From contig NC_043007.1 of assembly GCF_006345805.1 (NCBI RefSeq), positions 30,070,001 through 30,134,000 on the forward strand: a stretch of DNA of 64,000 bases, read 5' to 3'. The notes under the pieces were generated by a model, which worked only from the letters and a program-made list of their open reading frames with translations, searched no databases and was not told where the DNA came from. How positions within the stretch are numbered: the stretch's first letter is position 1; every line of letters begins with the position of its first letter. A program made the translations under genes and the position numbers. Below are positions 13,391 to 27,860 of this stretch, piece after piece. The DNA comes from Octopus sinensis. Lineage: Eukaryota.

Positions 13391-14204
13391 TTTCTTTCTT
13401 TTTGTTTTCCAAAATAAAGTTCCTTTCATGAGTTAAATGTGAACCTTATTACTATCGCTGCTGTTTAGCCCGAGAGCGACGACCCTGATGAAGAAAGCCC
13501 AAATAATCAAAGACATTCTAATCATGATCATCCCGTCGAGCGAGAAACCCTCGACCACTTTATCTAACTTGTCCGTTCTAACACGGTAGGCCGAGATGGG
13601 AGGAGAGGGACATTTCACTGTTATTTCAAGCGAGTCATCACAGAAACATTGTCCTTGATTCATAATTACGAATGTTTTTGGTGTTGTAATTCTTGTTATT
13701 GTTTTCCATGGTACATGTGAAGCTGATGTTGTTGTTATTGTTAATGTGTGGTGGTGGTGGTGTGGTGGTGGTGGTGGTGGTGGTGATGGTGGTGGTGGTG
13801 GTGGTGGTAACAGTGTGCGTCTCTGTTGTATGTGACTGGTAGTACTCGCGTGCATTGTCTGTTTCTCTGTGGGTACTTTCTGAAGTTTATATTTCAGTGA
13901 TGGCGTGTTCGAGTCCTGGAGTCGATGTGATCGACTTATCACCTCCGTCCCCACAATTGCTGGCCTTGTGCCATATTTCGAAACCAATGTTTAAATTCAC
14001 AGATAAATGTGTTTCTGTATTTCGTCGTTCAAAAACAAAAACAAATGCTGTTTCTGCAACAACAAATGTGCCATATCGACTTCGGGATTCTTTCATTTCT
14101 ACTTGGCCTATGGTTCAAATGACGAGGTCATAATCATACAGGAACACGCCCAGTGTAGTCTCCCTTTACTTGCTTAAATCGGTAAATAATATTATTTTCT
14201 ACAA

Positions 14205-14745
14205 TAGGCACAAGGCTAGCAATTTCAGCGAAGGGAATAAGTCGATCACATCGACCCTAATGTTCAACTGGTATTTGTTTTATCGACCCTGAAAAAATAA
14301 AAGGTAAAGTATCGACCACTGCGAAATTTGAACCTAGAATGTAAAGACGGATGAAGTGTTGCTAAGCACTTTGCCTGGCTCGCTAACGATTCTGCCAACT
14401 TGCTGTCTACTCTAGGCACAAGGCCCGAAATTTTTTTTGGGGGGACCAGTCGATTAGATCGACCCCAGTACGCAACTGGTTCTTAATTTATCGACCCCGA
14501 AAGGATGAAAAGCAAAGTCGACCCCAGCGGAATTTGAACTCAGACCATAAAGACAGACGAAATACCACCAAGCATTTCGCCCGGTGTGCTAACGATTCTG
14601 CCAGTTCATCGCCTTAAAGCATTTCCTTTATTGCTAACCCAGAGGGGTTATCTCCTAGCTACCATATTTGATGGCATATATGAAGAGATACCGCTAAGCA
14701 TTTCGCCCGGTGTGCTAACGTCTCTGCCAGCTCGCCGCCTTAGCG
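14205..14745 (-). mobile_element. Cluster of family A SINE copies
   Basis: Repeated gaaaggatgaaa..caaagtcgac...gaactcaga...gctaacgattctgccag blocks. Confidence 0.8.
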
Positions 14746-15226
14746 AGAAATGGGAGAGAAATGTTCAAGATGGAGGATGGTGAAGATCCATCATCAAAGG
14801 CAGGGAGTTATCAACTTTAGAGACCAATAGGACTCTCGGACAAGAGGAGTCGCAGAAAAAAATAGACAAGAACTAAGCGAAAAGCGCCTTTCCATCTAGA
14901 ACCCCTTGTCCCGCTTGTGGAAGGAAATTCCGAGCAAGAATTGGACTCATCACTCCCCCCAGACTCCATCAATAACTACAAATAAGTAAATAAATGAATA
15001 AACGGAAAACAAACAACAAAAACAAAAACCATCATGTTGATCTCAAAGGGGTAACCATGACGACGATAACCTCAACGATGGTTATGATACTGACAGTGGT
15101 GGTGGTGGTGGTAGTTGTGATGGTTGTAGTAGTCGAAGGTGTGGACGACAGCTGTTGTCTTTTAAGTTGAGAGTCATTTTAAAAACACTACAACAGCAGC
15201 AACAATATGAACTGCTGCTGCTGCTG

Positions 15227-15279
<53 letters not shown>

Positions 15280-15585
15280 GCTACTACTACTTCGTTGTGA
15301 AACTAATCGAAAATCTCATTGTCCCTCTAGCACTACCACTTCAACCACCACAAACCATTACATCACCACCATTATCGCAAGCATTACCGCCATCACTCCT
15401 ACCACTACAACCATAGCCGCTACCATTTCATCTACCACCACCACCACCACCACCACCACCACCACCACCACCTACACCACCACCACCACCACCACCACAG
15501 ACTACCTTTAGGCCAACAATTATATATATTGGCAAATATACATTATGTTCTATCATCACCATAGATATTTAGTACCACCATTACT

Positions 15586-15622
<37 letters not shown>

Positions 15623-17235
15623 CCAACAAATAAAGCGAACAATGTGTCTCTAAGATGGCGACTTGGAAACGAGACTTCGCCACACCTTGAGGTGCCAATA
15701 ACATTAGATGATGTCTATAACGGCAATACAACACGAAAATATATACACTGCTCTTTTAATAAGGCACAGATGTGGTGTATATATGATGATATATAAAATG
15801 GTATAATGACATATTATCAATACACATATTTTCTATGTTTGCACAACACACACGCGCGCACACACAAACACTCCCTCCCGTTCATAGATGAAAAATTAAG
15901 ATAAACATCGGTTTATATGATTTGTTCCATACGTACGTTTCATCGTTGTGACTCTTTAGAATTTCTGCTATACAGCAATAGATCAGTGCTGGATATAATG
16001 TATTGAATTAAATTACAAAGACCAAATCTTAGTTGAGACATGAAAGATGACGGTTTTCAAACAATCATAATGGCGAAACATATTTTAGGAAAGAAATTAT
16101 GCAGATTTGTGTTTATTGTAATTTCTCTTACATTTTCTCTGCATATCTTAACTAGTAAATCTGCTAAAAATAGTTGTAGCTAAATCACAGGAAGCCGACA
16201 AGACGATGATAGTCTACGTGGCACTCTAAGTGCGACAGTAGTAGTCATACATTTAACTGTAAGATACACTATATATATATATATAATATATATATATATT
16301 ATACATACATGCCTATATATATATACATACATACATATATATATTCATAGATAGATATATACATACATGCATTATTATACGACTAAACGCACGCACCCTA
16401 TTAAGTAAGATTGTTCTGTTTATCAAGTTAGCCTTGATATTAACTCTCACGCGACTCTGCATCTTTCTTTCTTTCTCTCCCATTCCCTTTTTCGTCTTTT
16501 TTCCCTCACTTAACTTGTCTCTTCCTCTCTCTCTCATTCTTCATTCTCTCTCTCCCTTTCACCATTCTTCATGGTCTCCTCGCACCATTCCCCTTCTTCT
16601 CTCTCTCCTCTTGCTCCTCCTCCCCCATTCCCGTCGTCCATCTGCGACGATACTTCCGTCGTAACTGCTATCCTGTCTTTTCTCGCCCGCCTTCTAAGGC
16701 TACTGGTCGACATTTTTCTCTCTCGTCGTCCACTTTAATCCAGCCTTTGCAATACTTTTTTCGTCTGGCGTTAACAGCCCTTCTTACCTTGTTCTCCTTG
16801 TCCTGTCTCTCACTGTTATATATTTATTTTTCCACTGTTTATATATATATTTTTTACTGTTTATATGTTTGTACTGTCGTTACCGTCTTGCTTTTTTTTA
16901 CCCCTCTGCGAAAAGATCTCAGAATTTTAATTGATTTGCTTTTCGTAGGAAGGAAGTTTTCTTCGAAGTATACGTCTCGCTTTTATCCTTCGAAACGTTT
17001 AGTAGATGAAACCTTAGCGACTGAAGAAGGGGATTTTTCGTTGTGCTTATTGTCCTGTATCTCTTATTTTGCTTGTCTTGTTCCTTGGTTTGTGTCTATG
17101 TTTTTCGTCTCTCTATGTGTTCGACGTCTTTTTGGTGTCCTGTACACATATATGCGTGTATATGTACATGTAGAGGTAGGTACGTACATATATGTTTATA
17201 TATATGCATATGTTCTATTTTATTAACATATATAT

Positions 17236-17292
<57 letters not shown>

Positions 17293-17640
17293 TTTGATAC
17301 TTTGATAGGTTTCGGCCATTATTGGCCCAGGCCATATCTTCACAATAATAACCCATCTCATCCCTTCAACTCCGCCCTTCGACTCTCTGACTCACTACAT
17401 TTACTTCTGTTACTCCTCTTTCTCCCTCTTACCGTTTTTTACTCCTCTTCCTCTTTTCCCATTCAAACCTTAAATTTCTCACACCACGATGTGAACTGCT
17501 ATTTGTCAATCTTCCCCTCCTGACGAAGGAAGCCAGTATTAAGGTATGTTTTTATCCATTCATCTACTGATTGCATATCTATGACTTTTTGCACTCTCCC
17601 CTTAATTTTCTGTAGATATTTGCTTGTGCATAAGTGTTCG

Positions 17641-17689
<49 letters not shown>

Positions 17690-19524
17690 CACTATATATG
17701 TATGTGTATATGCGTCTATATTACACCAAGACTAATCATGTTTATTTGAATCAAATTTGCAACGATATATTTAACATACAGACACACACACACACATAAT
17801 CTTATCGTTAAATGACAGATTATTGTTTTGCAATTTCTTGCCGAACAACTTAGCTCACTCCTTCCAATCAAACTGACGTTACCTGGACAGGTGCACAATT
17901 GTGCCGCGCGTCACATGACGAAGTGATCAGAGAGCAACGTGAAATGAAGTGCTTTTATTTAAGAATACAACGCGCCACCCGGTCCGAGAACCGAACCCAC
18001 AATTTAGCGATCTTGAGTGCAAAACTCTATTCATTCGGCCACGTGCCTTCCCCACGTGTGTGTGTGTGTGACCAAACGGCTGAGTATTCCGCAGACACGT
18101 AATTCTCAAGAAGAATCAACGTAAACTTATGTAACGAGGCTGGACTCGAACTCCGGATGCAAAACTCGATCCTACAGTTTCCATTTCCTTGAATATACTC
18201 ACAAAGTTTAAGCGGACCAGGGCCTGTGGTAAAAGGAATTTGTCCAAGATGCTTTACAGCGGGATCGAACCCGGGTCCTATCAATGAGAAGCGAACACAA
18301 CCATGTGTGTTCATCATTACACGCAGAAAAATAATATACATACATAAACACGCACTAGCGCGTGCAATGTTTATGCGTGCATATCTACATGTTTATAGTA
18401 ACATTATATTTGTGTATATATATACATATGTATGTGTGTATGTATGCGAATGTATGTATGTGTGTGTATATGTGAGTGTGCGTATATATATGCGTGTGTG
18501 TGTGTATGTGTGTATGTGTGTACATATATGTGTGTGTGTGTGTGTGTGTGGTGTGTGTGTGTGTGTGTGTGTGTGGTGTTAAATTCGAACGCCGCTTGCT
18601 CAGTTATTTCTTCTTCCCTCGCCTTGGTCCGGATAAAACACTTCCCGACCGGAAAATCCTTCACCCTATTCCGCAACAGATTTTTCATCGTTGTACTTGA
18701 AATAAACAAAAACGTGGGCAAAGCCAGCGACATTGCGTCGCCTTAGTATATACGTGCATCGTGGCTCCGTGTGACACAGTATTTACTTAATATCGCAGAC
18801 TGACTTTTTTCTAGATAGACTGCGAATCGGACGAATTAAAAAGGGAAACATTTGTCAAACCGGAAGTGAGTCTCAAGTGGACAACAAACAACTCCATTAA
18901 ACTAAAACAAAAAATGTGTTTGTTTACAGACGATTGTGGAAACTTAAACCATTTATTTCTCTCTCTCTTAAAACTTTATTCGTGTCAAATCGTGTTTTTC
19001 TGATTTGTCCGGAAACAGAAACATCTTAATTTGTCTATCGCTCTTATTTCTCCAATACATTAAAGAGTAGGAGGTTTGATACCAGAAATGTATTCCAATG
19101 TATCACATCTTGTGTAAATTTAATGGTGTGATTCCCGTGTTCAAATCTTGACACTATCGGGTGAGCTTTGATACCGAGTGGATAATAAAACCAAGAAGGA
19201 TATCGACGTTTATTGAATGAAAGTTGATGTGATTAGGAATCAATAAAAGTTTTTAAATTTGGCAGAAGACCACATTTTAAGGGCGGGAATAATTTATTAT
19301 ATCGGCTTCAGTACTTGACTAGTACTTTATTTTATCGAAACCCTAAAGATGAAAAGTACATTGTGCTCTGTTGAACTTTAAGCATTGAATATCAACAGAC
19401 GGAACTAATTGTAGCGAAGCAGTTTGCTCCAAGTGAATAAAACGTAACAGTGAAGGCGATTTTATATGACTGCTCTATCCACTTGAAATAGCAGCCATAA
19501 CTTATAATAATAATAAATGCACCC

Positions 19525-19760
19525 TTTAAAAGTCTAGCCAGGCTCATGGGCCCGGTTTCCCAGTTTCAATGGCGTATGTGTTCCCCAACTGGACGGGACG
19601 CCAGTCCATCGCAGCGTTACTCATTTTGCCATCTGATTGGACTGTAGCAACGTGAAATGAAGTGTTTTGCTCAAGAACACAACGCGTCGCCCGGTCCAGG
19701 AATCGAAACCACAATCTTACGATCATGATGCTGACACCCTAACCACTAAGCCACGCGCTC
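19525..19760 (-). mobile_element. tRNA-derived SINE (family B)
   Basis: The reverse strand starts gcgcgtggcttagtggttagg (A box) ... ggtttcgattcc (B-box-like). A related decayed copy lies at about 17920-18050. Confidence 0.7.
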
Positions 19761-20214
19761 TACAACAGCCATAATAACTTACTCTTTTAAAAACAAATGC
19801 AAGGTACACATGCAGTTCTGTCATATATAAATGACAAGAGAGTCATTGTTAGAACGTCTATGATCATAGATCTTCTGGATTCTACTTGGGAAATACTTAA
19901 ATTTTAAACAATTCTGTCTTTAGACCCACAAATATCAGTTTCTGTGTCGGCTGGTTTAATAACACCTTCATCGCCATTCATTTGGTTCTGGTGTGTCTTT
20001 GGTGCAGCCCACAGAGGTGCAGGCATCCATGTCTTTAATTTAAGGATAATTTCCTTCACACCTTAAAAAAATGGCATAGGGGTTGCCCTGTCTCTTCTGG
20101 TGGCTAAAATGATCAACTGATTAATAACGCAGCATTTTTGGCTGAAATATTCGGCGTTGTTATTCTTGCAAAGGAAAAAAAAAAAAAAGTAGAGTTAGTT
20201 ATCGTGCAGAATAT

Positions 20215-20385
20215 ATAGGCGTGGCTGTGTGGTAAGAAGCTTGCTTCCCAACCACAAGGAACCGAGTTCAGTCAGTCCCGATGCGTGGTACCTTGGGCAA
20301 GTGTCTTCTACTATATCTCCAAGCCAACCAAAGCCTTGTGAGTGGATTTGGTTGGCGGAAACTGAAAGAAGCCCGTCGTATATAT
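20215..20385 (+). mobile_element. tRNA-derived SINE (family C)
   Basis: ggcgtggctgtgtggtaagaagcttgcttccc...ccttgtgagtggatttgg...gaagcccgtcg. Further copies at 26057-26170 (-) and 38705-38860 (+). Confidence 0.7.
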
Positions 20386-20990
20386 ACATGTATGTATATG
20401 TGTGTTTATGTGCGTGTATGTGTGTGTGTGTGTGTGTGTGAGTGTGTGTGTGTGTGTGTGATCAATGTTTGAGTATCGGTATTGGTTTGCCCTTCCACAC
20501 GCTAAATACGTAGGAATCGCCCAGTCTGGGAGGAAGACGAGGCATACAGTTGTTATTTCATTGGATTTCAGAAAGGAATACACGGATACAAGTTTCACAC
20601 CACCAGAGCTTTATGTCCTCGTCGAGGTTCTGATGACTGCCTTCCGTAGTCAATACACACGCGCGCGCGCGTGCGTGAACACACACCCACACGCACGCAC
20701 AAGCACGCACACACACACATACATACATACATACATACAAATACACGCTTTCACTCATCAAGATGGCTTGTGTTTGCCAAATCCCCCTCGCAAGGAATTA
20801 GGTTATGAGAGAAAAAAACTTGTCCAAGGTACCTCGTGCTGAGATCAAACCCGGGACGACATGGTTACCTGGTTGCGTTGCTAACCTGGTAAGCATTCAA
20901 ATTTGCGCTCAAAATAAACAGAATTTCAAAAGGGCGTACTGCACGCAGCATTATGGAAAAATTATCATAAAAACCTAGGAAAACAAACAA

Positions 20991-21021
<31 letters not shown>

Positions 21022-21914
21022 TCATAATCATCATCATCATCGTCATAGCGAAAAAAGCACGGAGCAATATCAACATAAACCCTAAAACCCCAAGAGAATG
21101 TGTACTTTGGATTTTATGCATAAGAGGTACACATTGGTGGAGCGCAAAAAAATGCTTCGCCGACGGAAACGAATATGAGGGTAAGAGATAAAAATGATTA
21201 GAACGTGCGAAAAAAAATGACAGCCCTCACTTCTGAAGATCTGCAGATAAACGGGGGAAAAAAAGACATAAACGGTCCCGAGAGAAATAGGAGATACCTT
21301 ACACAATCAGTGTAGTCACGAAATGAAACTAGCACCACACGAATGGATGAGATAAGCAGATAAAAGAAAATAACTCGGATCTCGAAATAACTTTGGATCC
21401 CGACAGGCAACGCAACAATTTATGAAGGTATTTACCTAAAATGAAAGTGATATGAGACATGGAGATAGAGCTGTTAAAATAAAGAATACCCGATGAATAT
21501 ATAAACAATGAATATAAGTCCATAGCAAACAACGGAAATAAAATATAAGAGCTTAAAACGATAAATATTGAAAAAAACGAAACCGAGAGACATTAAGAGT
21601 TTCGCAGAAGCAAAATAAAGAGGATAAATAGACAGGTAGGGCTAAGTGAAAGCGCAGGGGCCGCTCTCTAGAATATCAATATGCGAAAACAAAAACAAAA
21701 TAAGGGACATATATACATACAGCATATATACAGAAATAACACTAAAAGGCGGTGGAATAATAGACAGACACGCACGCACGCACGCACGCACGCACAAACA
21801 CACACACATCGTGTGTGTGTATATATATATATATATATATGTACATATATACATACGTGTATATACATACATACATACATATATATATAAATATATATAT
21901 ATATATACATACAT

Positions 21915-21974
<60 letters not shown>

Positions 21975-22439
21975 GCAGAAATAACAGTAGCAGCTTAAAC
22001 CAAACCACTGAAAGTACCCAAGACACACAGAAGTGCAAAGCGTTGCAGAGGAACAATTTCTAAAAATGTTTACAGAAATATTGGATGGAGGGGAGGGGGT
22101 CTCTTTCAATCTGGGCGATGACTTTTATTATTTCAGTGAAGTGAACTAACAAGCCCCTAAATGAATGTGGCCGAGTGTTCCACAGATATGTCTGCCTTTA
22201 ATAGATTTCTCTGGCCGAATCAGCAATGTAGGGTATGACAAAGCTGCACCTTTGAATTAGAAGAAAATAACATCTGAGGGGCTTCCGCACAATTTCCATT
22301 GTCGACTCCCAATTCTTGAGTCGACCGAAGCTATAATGAAAGTTACTAATCCAAATGCCACACATCTGTGTCGAACCCGGAACCTCGTAACTGCAAATAG
22401 AGTCTCCTTACTACTTGACCACGGCTATAATAAACCTTT

Positions 22440-22656
22440 CCGTTCGAGGCACAAGATGTGAAATTTTGCACGGGTCGGGTGGGGATCTAGTCGAATACAT
22501 CGACTTCTTTTCTCAGCTCCTACTTGTTTTATCAACCCTGAAAGGATGAAGGGTAAAGTGGACCTCGGCGGCATTTGATCTCAGAACGTGAAGACGGACG
22601 AAATGCCGCTAACCACTTTGTCTGGCGTGCTAACGATTCTGCCAGCTCATCGCCTT
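22440..22656 (-). mobile_element. Family A SINE
   Basis: Same consensus blocks as the other family A copies. Confidence 0.75.
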
Positions 22657-23076
22657 ACAACAAGAACAGCAACAACAACAACAATAATAATAATATCAAT
22701 ACCACAGATTGTCAGTTGAGTATGTCCCTTAGTAGCTGACAATATGTGCATCTTTGATCACGAGCAGACATTGTGTGGGAGCATCATAGCCATGTGTTCA
22801 GAGGAATTCTTTGGGGTTAGATACATTCTTTGGAAACATAGGTGTTTCGTTCATCATCCTTAAACAACCTTTATTCAGGGACATTTTGAGCGGGATGGGA
22901 TACTCGACCTGAAGAAAATTCTAACTGGGCCCCACCTGCAAGGTCATGTGCTGTTAATATTGATATGAGATCACCATGTCGCGCACATATGGTTGTGATG
23001 CATGTGCCTCGTATACCCTTATCAATCGGGTAGTCATGATGAGAACACTGGGCTTCGTATATTTTACCCTAGTGCC

Positions 23077-23839
<763 letters not shown>

Positions 23840-23857
23840 TTGATGATGATGATGATG

Positions 23858-23891
<34 letters not shown>

Positions 23892-24295
23892 TAGGAATGA
23901 TAGCAAAAGGGGCTGATTGCTACGTAGCTCACATACCAGAAAATGCCAAAATGGCAGAAATTCAAAAAAATAGTGCTCATGGGAACTGCCCATATCCTAC
24001 ACAAAATACTTTCTATGTAATCTCAAATTTTAAAACAAACACAATTTTCTTATGGTTTCTTAAACATTCACTAGTACAACACTATGTACAAAACCAAATA
24101 TATGGCACCCTAGTCATAACACCAACATGAACTTCCAACTTGTTGTCTCTTGAGGTCTCTGGGTAAGACTTGCACAAAGCAAAAGTCATGATGGGTATTC
24201 TGGGCTTCGTATATTTGTACCCCAGTGTCACTTTGATGGCATACACTGCTCTCTCACTCAATAGTAATAATAATAATAATATAATAATAATAATA

Positions 24296-24339
<44 letters not shown>

Positions 24340-24371
24340 TAATAATAATAATAATGATGATAATGATGATG

Positions 24372-24429
<58 letters not shown>

Positions 24430-24451
24430 TGATGATGATGATAATAATAAA

Positions 24452-24496
<45 letters not shown>

Positions 24497-24516
24497 TGAT
24501 GATGATGATGATGATG

Positions 24517-24550
<34 letters not shown>

Positions 24551-24569
24551 TGATGATGATGATGATGAT

Positions 24570-24601
<32 letters not shown>

Positions 24602-24768
24602 ATTTTTTTATTTATTTATTATTTCTTTTATGTATTAGACATTCACTAGTACAACACCAAAAAAAAAACTCAAATATATGGCACAGAACTTCCAACCTGT
24701 TGTCTCTTGAGGTCTCTGGGTGAGACTTGGAGCCAACTTGTACAGACATAAAGCAAAAGTCAAACATA

Positions 24769-24858
<90 letters not shown>

Positions 24859-24879
24859 TAATAATAATAATAATAAACC

Positions 24880-25262
24880 ACCATAGGACTACAGAAATAC
24901 CTACTTCCGAAGCAAGGAAAACTAATACAAATAACCACAAAACACGAACAAATAAAAAAAACTGTTTTCTGTCTTTAAGGAAGCTGATAAATACAAACAA
25001 GAAGTCATTAGTACCTAACGGCTATGAAGAAAAAGAAGAAACAACAAAAGCTGGAAAACAAATGAAATGCAAACTAAAACTAGAACAGCAACGGATCATG
25101 ATAAAACGATGGCAAGAAAAGCTCATTCATGGCAAATACTAGGCTAAAACTAAACGCAAAAGAAATGGACAAAGCAAAATCCCAGCAATGGTTGAGAAGC
25201 TCAGGACTCAAAGCAGAGACTGAAGGATTTTAAATAGCAGCACAGGACCAAAGCCTCCCCAA
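24880..25262 (+). mobile_element. Internal fragment of the R4/Dong-type LINE
   Basis: ...RWQEKLIHGKY...QWLRSSGLKAETEGFLIAAQDQSLP; homologous to 53380-53800 (-). Confidence 0.8.
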
Positions 25263-25669
25263 AACCATATTTATAGATATAACAGGTTAGCTTGAGAGGT
25301 TAAGCAGTTATGGTCGTTGAAAGGATGAAAGGCAAAAGTCAATTTCGGCGGAATTCGAACTCAGAACGTAGCGAAAGGGGCGAAATGCAGCTAAGCACTT
25401 ATCCAAACTCCAAATAACTCCTCTGAACACATGGCTATGATGGTCCCCCACTACTTCTGCTCATGATCAGAGGTGCACATATCGTCAGCCACTAAGGGAC
25501 ATGCTCAACTGGTTATGGTCAAACAACGGACAAGCAAATCTGTGGTATTGAGCAGAATATTTGCTGTAGCCCATCTTTTTATACCAAGACAAAACAATGT
25601 ACATGATAACACTTCCAATCAGTTAAGATCAGAAGCCATGAAAGCCAGTGCCTGGTACTGCATCAGGGC

Positions 25670-25722
<53 letters not shown>

Positions 25723-26217
25723 GTATTATTGGCGCTCAAAACCCTCTACCAGTCGGGCAATGGGATCGGTGGATGTTCCGCTTAAGAAATTTATACTGGA
25801 CTAGCAGTAATATCCGTCGTTGATCTGGTAATTACTTTTACTCTTTCTCGGGAGCTACATTCAAAGTATTATTATATATAGAGAGACTTACTCCTCCTCT
25901 ATGTGTGTATTTTATAAGAAAAAAGCATGTCATAATTGAAGTAGAAAGAAGATCAATTTCATACAGGAACTTCTGTTTGTTTATTATATGATAATAATAA
26001 GTGAGTTGTATGTGTTATTATATATATCAATACAGTCATGGCAATTATATAATACATAAGGCTTTGGTCGGGACGGAGCTGTAATGAAAGGGAATTTCCC
26101 AACGTGCCGCACAGTGGGACTGAACCCAAGGCAACATGGTTGGAAAGCAAGCTTCTCAACCACACGGCCATTCTTATAAAGGAGAGATGCATTTTGGACA
26201 ATATACTCCTTGATACA

Positions 26218-26599
26218 TGGAAGCACTCCGTCGGTTACGACGACGAGGGTTCCGGTTGATCCGATCAACGGAACAGCCTGCTCGTGAAATTAACGTGTAA
26301 GTGGCTGAGCACTCCACAGACACGTGTACCCTTAACGTAGTTCTCGGGGATATTCAGCGTGACACAGAGTGACAAGGCCGGCCCTTTGAAATACAGGTAC
26401 AACAGAAACAGGAAGTAAGAGTGAGAGAAAGTTGTGGTGAAAGAGTACAGCAGGGATCACCACCATCCCCTGCCGGAGCGTCGTGGAGCTTTTAGGTGTT
26501 TTCGCTCAATAAACACTCACAACGCCCGGTCTGGGAATCGAAACCGCGATCCTACGACCGCGAGTCCGCTGCCCTAACCACTGGGCCATTGCGCCTCCT
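26218..26599 (-). mobile_element. Full-length tRNA-derived SINE with 11-bp target-site duplication
   Basis: Head ggaggcgcaatggcccagtggttagggc...ggtttcgattccc. TCCTTGATACA at 26207-26217 and 26600-26610. Confidence 0.85.
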
Positions 26600-27254
26600 T
26601 CCTTGATACAATATGCTTAACAAAAAGATGGGATGTTTACGGCGAGAAGACCTTCGATTCTAATATTTACTCGAGCAACGCAACAACTACCAACGCTGCA
26701 CCATTCAGGGTGTTCCAGAATTAATTATGTTTCTATGAAGTTGAGCAAATTTTTAAAAAAAACTGACAAAATTTGATTATTACCAAAAGAAATCGAGTTA
26801 CAACAGCAGCTTGTTTTTTTTTTGTGCGAACATTTTGCATTATTTTGTTCAGACATGGATGACATAGAAAGCAGACGATGCTGCCGGACCACGTTGCGTT
26901 GCGCAGGATTGGAAACGTGAAACATCAACAGGACACTTCTGGAGAATAGATGAATGGGTTTGTTGTGCCTTTGCCCAGCCCCCTTCCTACTCATGGCCCG
27001 GTAGTGCACGGGATGGTCACTTGAAGCATCAACAAGGCGCCGACAAAAATTTTAATGTTCTTCTCGTTTCCTCTGCCAAATTGGACAAAAAGGTTTTCAT
27101 GAAATATTATTCGCTACTTATAATGCATAAGTAGTGTCAATATTTCATCATCGGAAAATGGCTTAAAACAAAGATAAAACCTCGTACAGTCTACTCAAAT
27201 CTGATTAATCGGCATTTTTTGTGGGGCCCATAGTCGGCATTGGAAATTTTTTTT

Positions 27255-27540
27255 TTTTTTTAGTCAACAGCAGTTCTGGAGAATTCTAGAAAGGCTTGTA
27301 CCAGACTTTGGCATTGAAAGTTACACCAACAGCAAAATGGGGCACCAGTATGTAGCGCCATAGATTCCAACATCGCCATCAGGATACAAGACCAGATTCT
27401 ACAAGGTTTCAAGGGCCCATGACTCTTCAGTATCCTCCCCCACCCCACCCGAGAGACCTACCTGGAGTAGTGGATGTCAACGTCATCAAAACAGCAACAT
27501 CATACACCCTCATTCTCCAAATACCACATATCAAAACAAG
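27255..27540 (+). mobile_element. Degenerate non-LTR retrotransposon C-terminal remnant (clade not resolved)
   Basis: WRILERLVPDFGIESYTN...IPT.PS..KTRF...then DLPGVVDV..IK-like residues; frameshifted. Confidence 0.45.
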
Positions 27541-27719
27541 TTTCAGGTAGTTAAGGTGTGGCAAAGCTGATAGCGGTGCCCCAGCATGACCGCAGTTCTC
27601 GAGTTAAAGCTAAAAAAATAATTTGAAAAAAAAGAAGAAAGAAGAAAATTCCTATAACTCTACTGCATCGACCAGTGATTGAACCTGGAGCAACAACCTC
27701 ATTGTCTCTTTCAAATTTC

Positions 27720-27860
27720 AGGCGGCGAGCTGGCAGAACCGTTAGCACGCCGGGCGAAATGTTTATCGGTATTTCGTCTGCCATTACGTTCTGAGTTCAA
27801 ATTCCGCCGAGGTCAACTTTGCCTTTCATCCTTTCGAGGTCGATAAATTAAGTACCAAAT
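27720..27860 (+). mobile_element. Family A SINE
   Basis: ggcggcgagctggcagaaccgttagcacgccgggcgaaatg... consensus. Confidence 0.8.
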
